DNA of 63,752 nucleotides, counting the filler, from Octopus bimaculoides (Eukaryota): the NCBI RefSeq assembly GCF_001194135.2. It is 5 parts of 4 records of this genome, joined end to end, with 100 filler letters (N's around TTAATTAATTAA, not from the genome) between each part and the next. Parts side by side here need not be neighbours in the genome. Positions count along the whole stretch, not along the records: positions 38,781 to 51,344 come from NC_068989.1; positions 51,445 to 62,251 come from NC_068994.1; 3 more parts are not named here. One strand, 5' to 3'. The translations under genes and the position numbers were made by a program. A model generated the notes under the pieces. That model did not search any database, was not told the DNA's origin, and saw only the letters and a list, made by a program, of their open reading frames with translations. Of the stretch, positions 40,855 through 53,195 are shown one piece after another. How positions within the stretch are numbered: the first letter of the stretch is position 1; every line of letters begins with the position of its first letter.

Positions 40855-41004
40855 AAGCACATCCATCTATCTATATCCAGTCATATCTTGTGTATGCAGT
40901 TATATATCCTTATCCAGTAGCTTCCAGTAGAGTGTTTAACTTACCACTGTACTGAGTAGTGCTACTCGTTATGATATACACACCCTATGTAGGTGAAAAT
41001 TAAG

Positions 41005-41392
41005 ATGTGGGCAGCGGAGGTGTTGTGTGGTAAAAAGCTCGTTTCCCAACCACATTGTTCTGGGTTCAGTTTGACTGCATGATGTCTTGAGCAAGTGCCT
41101 TGTTCTATAGCCTCGGACTGACTAAAGCCTTGTGGTTGGATTTGGTAGACAGAAACTGAAAAAAGCCAATAGTGTATGTATATATACACGTGTCTGTGTG
41201 TGTTCCACCACTGCTTGATAATGGTGTTGGTGTATTTATGTTCATGTACCTTAGTAGTTCGATATGAGGCTGATAGAATAAGTACCAGGTTTATGAAAAA
41301 TTAAGTGCTAGGGTCAATTCATCTGATTAAAAATTCAAGGCAGTGCCCCAGCATGGCTGCAGTGTAATAACAGGAAAAAGTAAAAGAGAAGA
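41005..41392 (+). mobile_element. OK-like SINE
   Basis: Head, centre and tail ggcagtgccccagcatggc. Confidence 0.8.
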
Positions 41393-41754
41393 TGAATTAT
41401 AAGCAGAAATATAAATTATTAGTTCCTACTTACATTTCACCATTGCGGTTATATGGAACTCAGCATCCGATGTCTGATTGCAAAGGCTCATCAGAGGAAC
41501 ACTTTACTGCATTCTGATATTAGATCACTAACAAAATGCTATAAAGTTCTTCCCTGATGATCAATTTCATTGAAACATCCAAATGCACTTGAAACAACCA
41601 AACCCAATCACAATTTACCAATACATGCAATAGGGAAACGTAAGTAGAAACTAATAATTTGTACTTGTGTTTGTTTTATACATATATACACATCTATATG
41701 CGTAAATGAACACGCACTCGCTCTATCTCTCCATGTATATATATGTATATATAC

Positions 41755-41791
<37 letters not shown>

Positions 41792-42463
41792 NNNNNNNNN
41801 NNNNNNNNNNNNNNNNNNNNNNNNNNNNNNNNNNNNNNNNNNNNNNNNNNNNNNNNNNNNNNNNNNNNNNNNNNNNNNNNNNNNNNNNNNNNNNNNNNNN
41901 NNNNNNNNNNNNNNNNNNNNNNNNNNNNNNNNNNNNNNNNNNNNNNNNNNNNNNNNNNNNNNNNNNNNNNNNNNNNNNNNNNNNNNNNNNNNNNNNNNNN
42001 NNNNNNNNNNNNNNNNNNNNNNNNNNNNNNNNNNNNNNNNNNNNNNNNNNNNNNNNNNNNNNNNNNNNNNNNNNNNNNNNNNNNNNNNNNNNNNNNNNNN
42101 NNNNNNNNNNNNNNNNNNNNNNNNNNNNNNNNNNNNNNNNNNNNNNNNNNNNNNNNNNNNNNNNNNNNNNNNNNNNNNNNNNNNNNNNNNNNNNNNNNNN
42201 NNNNNNNNNNNNNNNNNNNNNNNNNNNNNNNNNNNNNNNNNNNNNNNNNNNNNNNNNNNNNNNNNNNNNNNNNNNNNNNNNNNNNNNNNNNNNNNNNNNN
42301 NNNNNNNNNNNNNNNNNNNNNNNNNNNNNNNNNNNNNNNNNNNNNNNNNNNNNNNNNNNNNNNNNNNNNNNNNNNNNNNNNNNNNNNNNNNNNNNNNNNN
42401 NNNNNNNNNNNNNNNNNNNNNNNNNNNNNNNNNNATATATATATACATACATGTGTGTGTGTG

Positions 42464-42497
<34 letters not shown>

Positions 42498-42977
42498 TTG
42501 GGTAATCCCATAATTAATGCGGTTTTAGAAATTGCATGAACTAAAAGTCGGAAGGGGACGGCATAAACTACTTACATCAACTTGCTATAAAGGTGTGTAG
42601 TAATTTTACTTTGTACTTATTCTTAGTGCAAGTTTTGAAGAGTACAGTTCGATTTTAACAGTTATGTTTTCAAAGCTATAATGGAAGTGACGAAGGAGAA
42701 TATTCGGCATGTTTTGCTTCATGAATTCAATAAATGAAACAACGCAAGGGAAAGTGCAAGGAATATTAATACGATATATGGAGATCGGACAGCACGCGTA
42801 AGCCAGTGTCAACGGTGGTTGCAGAAATTCCCAGTCGGAAACTACAGCCTAGAAGACAAGCCTCATCCTGGAAGATCTGTAGAGTTCAACAAAGACGTCC
42901 TGCAAACCCTGGTGGAACAAAATCTCACTGTAACTTTTGAGGAACTAGCAAAAAAGCTTGGATTTGGTCATTCAACC
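42498..42977 (+). mobile_element. Mariner transposon 5' relic (TIR plus transposase N-terminus, pseudogenised)
   Basis: TA then ttgggtaatcccataattaatgcggtttt (TIR). From 42681: MEVTKENIRHVLLHEFNK*NNARESARNINTIYGD...QRWLQKF..GNYSLEDKPHPGRS (paired-like HTH). Confidence 0.9.
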
Positions 42978-45182
42978 AGTCTATTCAAGTCGGCGCTATA
43001 TATATAGATATATATATATATATATGTATATACATATATATATATATGTATATACATATATATATATATGTATATACATATATATATATATGTATATANN
43101 NNNNNNNNNNNNNNNNNNNNNNNNNNNNNNNNNNNNNNNNNNNNNNNNNNNNNNNNNNNNNNNNNNNNNNNNNNNNNNNNNNNNNNNNNNNNNNNNNNNN
43201 NNNNNNNNNNNNNNNNNNNNNNNNNNNNNNNNNNNNNNNNNNNNNNNNNNNNNNNNNNNNNNNNNNNNNNNNNNNNNNNNNNNNNNNNNNNNNNNNNNNN
43301 NNNNNNNNNNNNNNNNNNNNNNNNNNNNNNNNNNNNNNNNNNNNNNNNNNNNNNNNNNNNNNNNNNNNNNNNNNNNNNNNNNNNNNNNNNNNNNNNNNNN
43401 NNNNNNNNNNNNNNNNNNNNNNNNNNNNNNNNNNNNNNNNNNNNNNNNNNNNNNNNNNNNNNNNNNNNNNNNNNNNNNNNNNNNNNNNNNNNNNNNNNNN
43501 NNNNNNNNNNNNNNNNNNNNNNNNNNNNNNNNNNNNNNNNNNNNNNNNNNNNNNNNNNNNNNNNNNNNNNNNNNNNNNNNNNNNNNNNNNNNNNNNNNNN
43601 NNNNNNNNNNNNNNNNNNNNNNNNNNNNNNNNNNNNNNNNNNNNNNNNNNNNNNNNNNNNNNNNNNNNNNNNNNNNNNNNNNNNNNNNNNNNNNNNNNNN
43701 NNNNNNNNNNNNNNNNNNNNNNNNNNNNNNNNNNNNNNNNNNNNNNNNNNNNNNNNNNNNNNNNNNNNNNNNNNNNNNNNNNNNNNNNNNNNNNNNNNNN
43801 NNNNNNNNNNNNNNNNNNNNNNNNNNNNNNNNNNNNNNNNNNNNNNNNNNNNNNNNNNNNNNNNNNNNNNNNNNNNNNNNNNNNNNNNNNNNNNNNNNNN
43901 NNNNNNNNNNNNNNNNNNNNNNNNNNNNNNNNNNNNNNNNNNNNNNNNNNNNNNNNNNNNNNNNNNNNNNNNNNNNNNNNNNNNNNNNNNNNNNNNNNNN
44001 NNNNNNNNNNNNNNNNNNNNNNNNNNNNNNNNNNNTATATATATATATATATATAAATAAATAAATATACATATGTATAGATAGATAGATATACATATGT
44101 ATAGATAGATAGATATACATATGTATAGATATACAGATACACATATGTATATATATATATATATATGTATAGATATATATATGTACATATAAATGTAAAT
44201 ATATATGTATACAAATATGTATATATAGATATATATATATACGTATGCATATGAGTACATATATATATGTATACACACACACATATATATATGTGTGTGT
44301 GTGTGCATGTATACATATGTATATATATATATTTATCCATATATGTGTGTATATATGTGTACATATATATATATGTATATTTAATGTGTATCATTTCCCT
44401 TTATTTTATGAAAAAAAATGTCTAGATGGGCTATTTTCATTCAAAAGCTGTCAGCGTGGTTCACCCAAACACTAAATAAGCTTTCATAAAAACAAAAGAG
44501 AAAAGACGTTACACAGAATAATGAAAATATAACAATGATGTTGCCATTTTGTGCAGATCAGCTGGGAAAAGTTTTATCGAAATAGATTCCCAGAAAACCG
44601 ATAAACCTAAATTTCACTCCTAAGCTATTAATGTGGTTCTTGGTGTATATCCTTACATATATGTATGTGTGTAAATATATTTATATCTCTGTGTCAGCGT
44701 GCTTGTGTGACATCGTATTTATGCTTCTGTACTTATAGAATATTCACACTCATGATTTTGTTTGGAGTGGAAGTCTATACCGCTTATATTCAAACTTCTA
44801 AAATCACTCCATCTATAATGTTTTATGTATGATTTTTCACAAAAAATTCAATCAAATTATTATGATTGATGAATTCAGTAACATATTTCAAGTTTGTATA
44901 TTATTTTAAATTAATTTTGTCTGGAAAATTCTCAACAAATTGTTTATTTTACCATAGGTAAAATGAATTTCTGTGTTAATTTCTGAGCTGAAAGTGGTCT
45001 CCTTAACCTGAACAGCTTCTTGCACTGAATTTGAGTTGTACCGTATCTTTACTAAATTCATAGATCTTTTAGTACTTTGAAGTTTCTGGTGTCGTAAAAT
45101 AATTGTAATCAGTTATTTAGAGAAGTTGGTGTTGTATTCCTGTTGTATCCCGGGATCTCTATGGTTTGTCTTTTTCATTTAT

Positions 45183-45360
45183 TTAACTCTTTAGTATAAA
45201 TACTGGCCACATCCACCCAAAATACTCTGTTTTATGCTCAAACTGGCCAGATTTTGCCTTTCACACCTACTTTATACTGTCACTGTAAAAATAATCATAT
45301 CACCAAAATCCCAATGCCATGATATCACACATGATTAATTTAAAACAAAGTGAAGAAAAT
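45183..45360. mobile_element. MITE-like repeat fragment
   Basis: TTAA-ctcttt start and an aaactggccagat block; family not assigned. Confidence 0.35.
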
Positions 45361-45399
45361 AAGCGTTGCATATGACATACTAACGATTAGAGGTGTAAA

Positions 45400-46200
45400 A
45401 AGATCCCTGTGGATAATGAGACCGGTATATTTATGTACTATTTTCTTTGTGGATGTAGTGCTCGGCCGATGTACTGTGGTTTGGACGGCGTTTATGGTTT
45501 TGTAGTGAAGAGTGGTATCACCTAGATAGATGTGTGCCGTGTTAACAATCACGTAGCGCTTCGAGCGAAACCATGGATGACAGATTGAGCATGTCTGATT
45601 CCAGTTAATGCATATTAGACGAACTGACGAAAGTTGTGTTGATGACATAGCTTTCAGTGAAGCTCTTAAGGCTCTGGTGTGGTTTGGTTTTAAGAAATGC
45701 TACGATAGCTCACTGAAGATTGAGTGACATTTTAAGTGGTGAAGAATGCGTTTACTAATGGCTAGTATCATCAACTTTGAAATGTTGGGAGTAAAGGCGT
45801 ATTTTTGCATCTTTCGCTTTTGCTTATAGTAAAATGTGATTTCTTTCTTCATCTGTTAAGAAGACTATTATTGAATGAGAAAATACGTTCACAATTCTAT
45901 GGGGTAGTTCCAAGACAAACAGCATAAGAGTATTGAAGACGTCACTTTTGGGATCCTCACTCTACTGGAGACATTGAAGTTGTTTTCACACATGGTAACT
46001 CTGTACGTTGTAGTATGACAGAGTGCATAAGATAAATTTGGATGTAATTTTATATTTATGTTTAGTGTGAAGCTAGGTACAATGATTTCTATGCAGAGGA
46101 TTTCGTTAACTTTCGTTAACAGGGCTATCATGAGTAAATATTTGTAAAGTGCATTATCCATAGGTGTTACGTTTCTCAAGAAATCTGAAATCTCTACGAT
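45400..46200 (-). pseudogene. Possible heavily decayed Penelope-like reverse transcriptase
   Basis: Motif-like remnants in the expected order across frames: CLSWNY, FYYKQ...FTPNISKLM, SLKSFTESY, YLGDTTL, VQTTVHRPST. Confidence 0.35.
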
Positions 46201-47936
46201 AATTTGGAGGGTAAGAGAAGCCCAAACTTAAATATATGAGAATACTTTGTCGTTATAAGGCAACAATAATATAATATCAATAATATGATATATCTAATGC
46301 ATACTGAACGCCAATTACAATTCGTTTCCATTTACCTACTACCACAATTTTATTACTAGCTTCTTTTAGCACTTCATTATAATCTTACATGTTACAACTC
46401 TTGCTGTCAACAAACCTATGTGAATCTATTACCAAAATTACAGATGGTTCCAATATTGGATAAAATTGGTTTATTTGTTCTTCCATCAATTGTTTATATA
46501 TCTCATTGGTTTAAATTACCAATACTCTAAAATACCTTTCTTCCCATTTTAGATAGTTAGCTATATGTAATCACTAACATTGACAATGGTTTTGATTTAA
46601 TTCGTCTCGTCCTCCTCATTATTATTATCATTATTATTATTGGTTTCCAATATTTGATATGCATGCTAAATCAACATCTTTGCGCCTGCGCATATTTTTG
46701 CCTCTGGTTGCATATATGTGTGTATAAGAGGAACAAGATTTAAGAAATATTCTGTTGCATAACGCTTAAAAGGAAAGGAATTAGAAAACTTGAATGTGAA
46801 AAAAAAACTGGCGTGTTGCCAGATAGGAATGCTGTTCTATGATGGCATTAAGAAATGAGAGGGGCGAGATGTTTGTATTTGGAGTTTTTAGCATATTGGG
46901 CAAGTGGTGTGAGTGGTGTGTTGGGGTGTTTATTGGTGAGAAGAAATGTGTAAAGTGTAGATTATTGTGGTGTGAGTTACTAGGGTGTGAAGCGTTGGTT
47001 TGTGTGTGAGTAGAGCGTGGAAGTGAGGACGTTAGAGTGGGCGCAAGTTTGGGGTAAACGGGAAGGCAAGAGGTTCTAATAGAAATGCAAGCACAAGTAT
47101 TAGCTTGAGAAGGTCTCACGTGAAATATATGTATAAACAAAGGAGGCGAAAATGTGAAACAATTTGGGAGTTCAAGGAAAAAAAAAGAAGAGTAATAGAA
47201 AAATTAGAGAGAAAATAGAGAAAAAATTACTTACAGAAATGTTGTGTAGAATGTAGTGTCTTAAGTATAGCAAATGAAAATTGCTTAAGTAAGGCACAGA
47301 GAAAGGCAAGAGGAAAAGTATGAACGTACGTGTAGTGGTGTAAAGTGTTATGTCACGGAAGAAAGAAAATAATTTTTTATCAGTGTTTTTCTCCAATTTT
47401 ACCTTATTTCCTGTCATTTCTTTCCACAAGCTCACCATTTTTCTCAATTTCCCTTCTCTTGTTCTTTTATTCCTTCCATCTATCATCACACGCGTATACC
47501 ATTGCACACACATGCCTCTTGCCTTCCTTTGGTTGCGCCAGCTACTACCTCCTCACTTCTGTCCTTTACTTACACTGTATTGTGTTAAACACACACCAAC
47601 ACTGCACACACCCACTAACCTAACAGTTGATCTCCAGAAAAGAAATGTATAAACTTCATCCAGGTAAACAAGAACTTGACTTGTTTTTCACTTTGTTCTA
47701 TATATCATTACGCTTTAGAATCCACCAATAGTTTTCAGATGCACCAGTGTTCATATATTTAGTTTGCTTGTTTGTTTCTGAAATTCATTCCATATTTTCT
47801 TTTATGGAAATGTCGTTGGTTAATAGACTCTCGGTATGTGTATGAAAATGATGAGAAACATTCCCAACGCAGTTATCTTCTTTTTTTTCTAAAGTACATA
47901 GGATTGATGACCACATTATAAAATGTGTCTTTTCCA

Positions 47937-48046
47937 TTATGACTGGGTGTGATTGGGGAAGGTTTGAGTGGAGGGATTTCCAAATGTCATGGGCACTTTC
48001 AGACCTGGTGGAGCCCATCCCTCGCAGGTTTTCTCATGGCCGATTA
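47937..48046 (-). CDS. Possible terminal coding exon (V-IGHEKTCEGWAPPGLKVPMTFGNPSTQTFPNHTQS*)
   Basis: A long polypyrimidine tract ending in AG precedes a GC-richer open frame. No partner exon was found. Confidence 0.22.
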
Positions 48047-48798
48047 CTTCCAGAAGAGGGAAAGATAGATAAGAGGAAGAGAAGAATTAAAACAAGATCA
48101 CGTCTACTATTTTATATTAACAACCTCGAAAAGGGGAAAACCAAAGTAGACTTCAGTGGTATTTGAAATCAAAGGGTAGAGAGACGGAGCGCTTGCAGCA
48201 AGCCAATTTCTTCCACACTCTAAAGCTACGAATCGTCTGCCTTTTAAAAGATGTTCTACTTACACTCCATCCCATGCTTCTGGTAACGTTTATCTCATCG
48301 AAAGCTGATATTTCATCTTTTATGTCACCTCGTGCAATTTTTTCATTAACCTCTCTCTTGTAACTAAGTGTCTTCTAATTACATAGGGTCTAATAATGTT
48401 GATTTCGGTAATATTATAGTGTGTTTATGTACTTTATACCTCGAGTCTACTTCATCAGCGATAGAAACTGTTTTCCCATTTTTAGAATCTGAAACGTTTC
48501 AAAAATAATAACTGATATAATTTTTCTGAATTTGAAGTTTCATCATTTACGATTCTGACCGCAGGTATTGCTTCTCCAGTTTTCAGCTAACCTTCCTTTA
48601 TCATTTTACAGCAAATACACACGCAAGTTCACATATTCTACAGACAAATAACAGAAATATAATGAAATAATAATTCATACAAGCATCTTCAAACATAGCT
48701 TTCGTTTTAAAGCACACGCCATATTTAGATTTAACCTTTGGCGACTCATATTTGCATCATAGTTAAATCACATTCGAACATTGTGCTACTTATCAATT

Positions 48799-48845
<47 letters not shown>

Positions 48846-49315
48846 CTACTCTGGCTTCATAGAAGTGTACAGAAATTAGTGTCAATAAAACTAGGGTATT
48901 AAAAATGTTTATAGCAAAATAGAATTGTTTGAGCAGGAACTTTTTTGATTTTTGTTTAATAGCGCAGCTATTTGACTATATTTGATTCGAGAATTATAAC
49001 TGTGACTTTATGAGATATAATTTTCACTTTTACCGGCTTCAGCCATGCTTTATTATACGTGAATCAGAAATAAATATTTAACCATTACACTATTTCTTTT
49101 AAACAAGAACTAAATGAAATCACACACACCTGCACTCACTTACACACACACATACACATTTGCTATACTGTTCTACCGTATAAGTTTAGCGAACTAACTC
49201 TAATTATTGATAGATGTAAATATCTTGTTTATATATGCAATGTCAGGGATAAGGAAAATAAGTAACAGATTTGTTAAAATTTCAACACCAACTAATATGA
49301 TAGCCAGTGATTAAC

Positions 49316-49358
49316 GCACGCTGAGGATGGGTAACCACCCATAGACTTGAGTCCGTAT
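49316..49358 (+). ncRNA. Decayed minimal hammerhead, copy 1 of a tandem pair
   Basis: Reads gcacg CTGAGGA t ggg taacca ccc atagAC ttga GTC cgtat; GAAA is mutated. Confidence 0.5.
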
Positions 49359-49654
49359 GTATCACGTGAGGCTAGAGATGGAAGCGATGACCTCCCTCAC
49401 AGACTGTGTGTCGTTAGCCAGCTGGAGAAGATGTCTTCCTGGGACAAAAAACAACAGTAGCACTGTCCTGTATAGGATGCCACATTTTGTTGGCAAATAT
49501 ATTTTACGATTCCGTACTATTACTGTTTATATCTCGCTCAGAGATTTAATATAACATGCCTCTCTCTTTTACGAGATCAGCGACAGTGAGTCGCTAGAAA
49601 ATTATGTAGTATTTTGCGAGTGGAATGAGTTTTCATCACTATCCAGCGATTAAC

Positions 49655-49697
49655 ATACGCTGAAGACGGGTAACCACCTAGAAACTACAGTTTATAT
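49655..49697 (+). ncRNA. Minimal hammerhead, copy 2 of a tandem pair
   Basis: Reads atacg CTGAAGA cgggtaaccacc ta GAAAC tacag TT tatat. Confidence 0.55.
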
Positions 49698-49861
49698 CTA
49701 TTGGTTTTAATCAATACCCAGCAGACAGGAGTAATGTCCCTTAACTTAATATACAATATTTTTGTAGTAAGGTGTGAGACCAGTGGAATTAGTTTAAATT
49801 GTCTTGGGATATCATCAGCAACAGTGTAGTTTAGTATAGAATTTATACATGACACTGCATC

Positions 49862-50164
49862 ATCTATTATAATAATACTCTAGTGTTTTTCTCCGTCATA
49901 ACATATGAATGAGAAAGGATAGGGTGATAAATGAATAAGGAAGGAAGGGTTGATGGCAAACTGGTAGAATGGTGAACAATCAACGCTGAAAAGAAAAATC
50001 GTACAGCGTTTCAACTCTGTGTGTGTATATGTTTGCATGTGTGTGCGTGTACAAGCGAAGTATGTATGTCAATGTACGTAAACATTGACAAGTTGATTTA
50101 CCATCCATATTTATATATAACGTACTACAATTAGCCGTCATTTTTGACGGTACGGGGCCAGTTA

Positions 50165-50167
<3 letters not shown>
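49862..50167 (-). mobile_element. DINE-1/Helentron-like non-autonomous element
   Basis: 5' hairpin ccgtca-aaaa-tgacgg, a matching tgacgg near the 3' end, an internal CA-rich tract and a 3' end ttattataatagat. Confidence 0.45.
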
Positions 50168-50202
<35 letters not shown>

Positions 50203-51310
50203 TATAATACAGGGTATCAAGAGATACCACCACGCTGAAAAAATAGCAGTCAAATCCTGACTCTAAAACCGCAATAAATGTCCNNNNNNNNNNNNNNNNN
50301 NNNNNNNNNNNNNNNNNNNNNNNNNNNNNNNNNNNNNNNNNNNNNNNNNNNNNNNNNNNNNNNNNNNNNNNNNNNNNNNNNNNNNNNNNNNNNNNNNNNN
50401 NNNNNNNNNNNNNNNNNNNNNNNNNNNNNNNNNNNNNNNNNNNNNNNNNNNNNNNNNNNNNNNNNNNNNNNNNNNNNNNNNNNNNNNNNNNNNNNNNNNN
50501 NNNNNNNNNNNNNNNNNNNNNNNNNNNNNNNNNNNNNNNNNNNNNNNNNNNNNNNNNNNNNNNNNNNNNNNNNNNNNNNNNNNNNNNNNNNNNNNNNNNN
50601 NNNNNNNNNNNNNNNNNNNNNTATATATATATATATATATGACACAAACACCTGTGTGTATGCGCGTGCATCTGTGTGTCTTTGTTTTTTTTGTGGTGTA
50701 TATAATTTTATATATATATATATATATATACACACACATGTATGCATATCCCATGTTTATACTTATGTATTGCCTAACATGTACAAAGAACAATGTTGAT
50801 GGATGAGCACTTCAGTGATATTAGAAACAGCCGCAATTAAAATTAGCCAATATATTTTGCTTAAAATTTTATTTATAACTTGTATAAAATAGCTAATTAT
50901 AGCTTAAAACATTTCCCGAGACTAATTACCATGTGTGTAATTCTGTTGAAAGCGAGTAAATGAGTAGGTTGTTAAAATTACATCAGCTGAAAAAAGAAGA
51001 ACAGAAGATGCATTAAAAAAATCATACAGAAGAAACTCATTTTGCTTTTGTCTGTTCATTTGTTTATAATGACATTCGTATTCGTCAAGAGACAATAAAA
51101 CATGTTTTGTTCCTTGTGGACTAAAGAACTGTCAATAAACTTTGCATCGTCGACCTTTTTAGATGCTGCAAAGTTCGATTGCTGTTGTATTAGATCATTA
51201 ACTAATATTGATTATTATATTTTAAATATTTTTGCATATTCTCCCAAGCATAAGCTGTGCTGTATTATATAGAGGCTAAATAAAACCTCTGCGCGTGTAT
51301 ACACACACAT

Positions 51311-51344
<34 letters not shown>

Positions 51345-51534
51345 NNNNNNNNNNNNNNNNNNNNNNNNNNNNNNNNNNNNNNNNNNNNTTAATTAATTAA
51401 NNNNNNNNNNNNNNNNNNNNNNNNNNNNNNNNNNNNNNNNNNNNTGTGTGTGTGTATTGTGTCTATTCTTTTATTCTTTTACTTGTTTCACCCATTTGAC
51501 TGCGGCCATGCTGGAGCGCCACCTTAAAGGGTGT

Positions 51535-51565
<31 letters not shown>

Positions 51566-51654
51566 AACAAATTTGGATATAGGAGTGGAGAATGGTCCGA
51601 ACTACTGAGCTCGAATTTTTGGTTACGTATCAAGCTTTACAGCGCATATGTGTT

Positions 51655-51712
51655 CTAGAGAGAGACAGAGAGAGAGAGACAGAGAGAGAGAGAGACAGAG
51701 AGAGAGACAGAC

Positions 51713-51743
<31 letters not shown>

Positions 51744-51804
51744 GACACAGAGAGAGAGACAGAGAGACAGACAGACAGACAGAGAGAGAGAGATTTCCAT
51801 ATGC

Positions 51805-51835
<31 letters not shown>

Positions 51836-51850
51836 TGTATGTATGTATGT
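51655..51850. repeat. (AG/ACAG)n and (ATGT)n microsatellites
   Basis: Seen directly. Confidence 0.95.
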
Positions 51851-52842
51851 GGGGGGGGGAGAAGAGGAGGCAATGGCACCGGTGGAGCTGTCAACGTTAT
51901 CGCACAAAAATGAACGATTCAGATAAAACAGCTGAACAAATAAGAATTGTCAACAACCACTGATACTATCGCCGAAACTACTACCACCACCTCAACTACT
52001 ACTACTACTGACGTCATAACCATCACCGTCATCATCACCATCACTGTCGAGTATCGCCCACTCTGACTAAGTTCAATTCCACGCACCACCATCTCGCCAC
52101 TCCTTGGGCCCGTTGCTTTTTATTCATTCACTTCAAGTTTATTCTAATCCAGACTTCAACATGAGTTTGTGGGTCTGGTGGCACAGGGGACAAGAGTCAC
52201 TGGCGGGGTCTTGACATTGAGGAAGAGTTAGAGGAGAAGAAGAAGGAGGAAGAAGAGGAGGAGGCGTAGTGGAAGAATTAGGAGACATTAGTAAATTAAA
52301 AGGACCCCACCTACCCTCTAGGTGAGAACGCTGTGAATATTTGTATACACGGCTGATTACACCTGTATAGCAGGTGTATATACGTGTTTACAGGTGTATA
52401 TAGCTGTATACACATTTATCATATTGTACAGATAAGTGGATATTTAGTGAGACGCACCACCTTTCAGCTCCACACCTTAATTAAGGCGGAATCTTGCAGA
52501 CTTTCAGACGGACGCCTCACCACCCGCTCTCTTTGTCTCCTCCTACTCTTCCTTCTTGTGGCTACTGCACCATCACCACCACCACCCCTATTGTACGGTC
52601 AGTGTGCTCTAAGGCTGTCAGCAGAGACCACCTCACTCATTTTCCATCAAACTCACCCACCACCACCACCACCACCACCAATACGGTTTGCATTATCACC
52701 TCAAATACGTTTCTACTTCTACCACCACCACCCCACCCCCACCCGCAACACTACCACGACACGGGTGGTCGCCCTTCAAGCTGTTTTGGCGTGTTATCAA
52801 GAAGACTTTACATTTGATAGGTTAGAAATATTTGATTGTCAA

Positions 52843-52957
52843 TTTAGATGGTAGCTCCCCCTAGTGATGAGGGTGGGGGAATACTTTAGATGGTCGCTCC
52901 CTCTTGTGGTAAGGGTGGACAGTTCAAGTGACAGCTCTCCCGGGTGGTGAGGTTGAC
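52843..52957. repeat. Degenerate tandem repeat of about 40 bp, 3 copies
   Basis: ttagatggtagctccccctagtgatgagggtgg / ttagatggtcgctccctcttgtggtaagggtgg / ...cagctctcccgggtggtgagg. Confidence 0.6.
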
Positions 52958-53059
52958 ACGTCGGCTGGCACCCCGTCTGCTTAGTCGACTTTTAACCAAT
53001 CCCTGCTCTTTCTGGTTGTTGTTATTTTTGGTGTTGTTTTTTTAACCTTTGTTCATTCC

Positions 53060-53195
53060 TGATTCAAGAAAGGTGTTCCAACCGTGACCATCCTGTCTTT
53101 TTAGAGGCTTTAGATTATATAATACTATTGTATTAGTTACGACGGTGTGCGCAATTTGAGAGAAACCTAGCTGCTATTTCTAACAAACAGGACAA
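53060..53195 (-). repeat. Unclassified dispersed repeat (second copy at 60115-60260, + strand)
   Basis: Shared blocks gttag-aata-cagc and ggatggtcacgg. Confidence 0.5.

Noticed and set aside
52140-52270. - strand CPLCHQTHKL resembling a BEL/Pao zinc knuckle
   Set aside because: The last Cys is missing, a stop follows, and there is no other gag/pol evidence.
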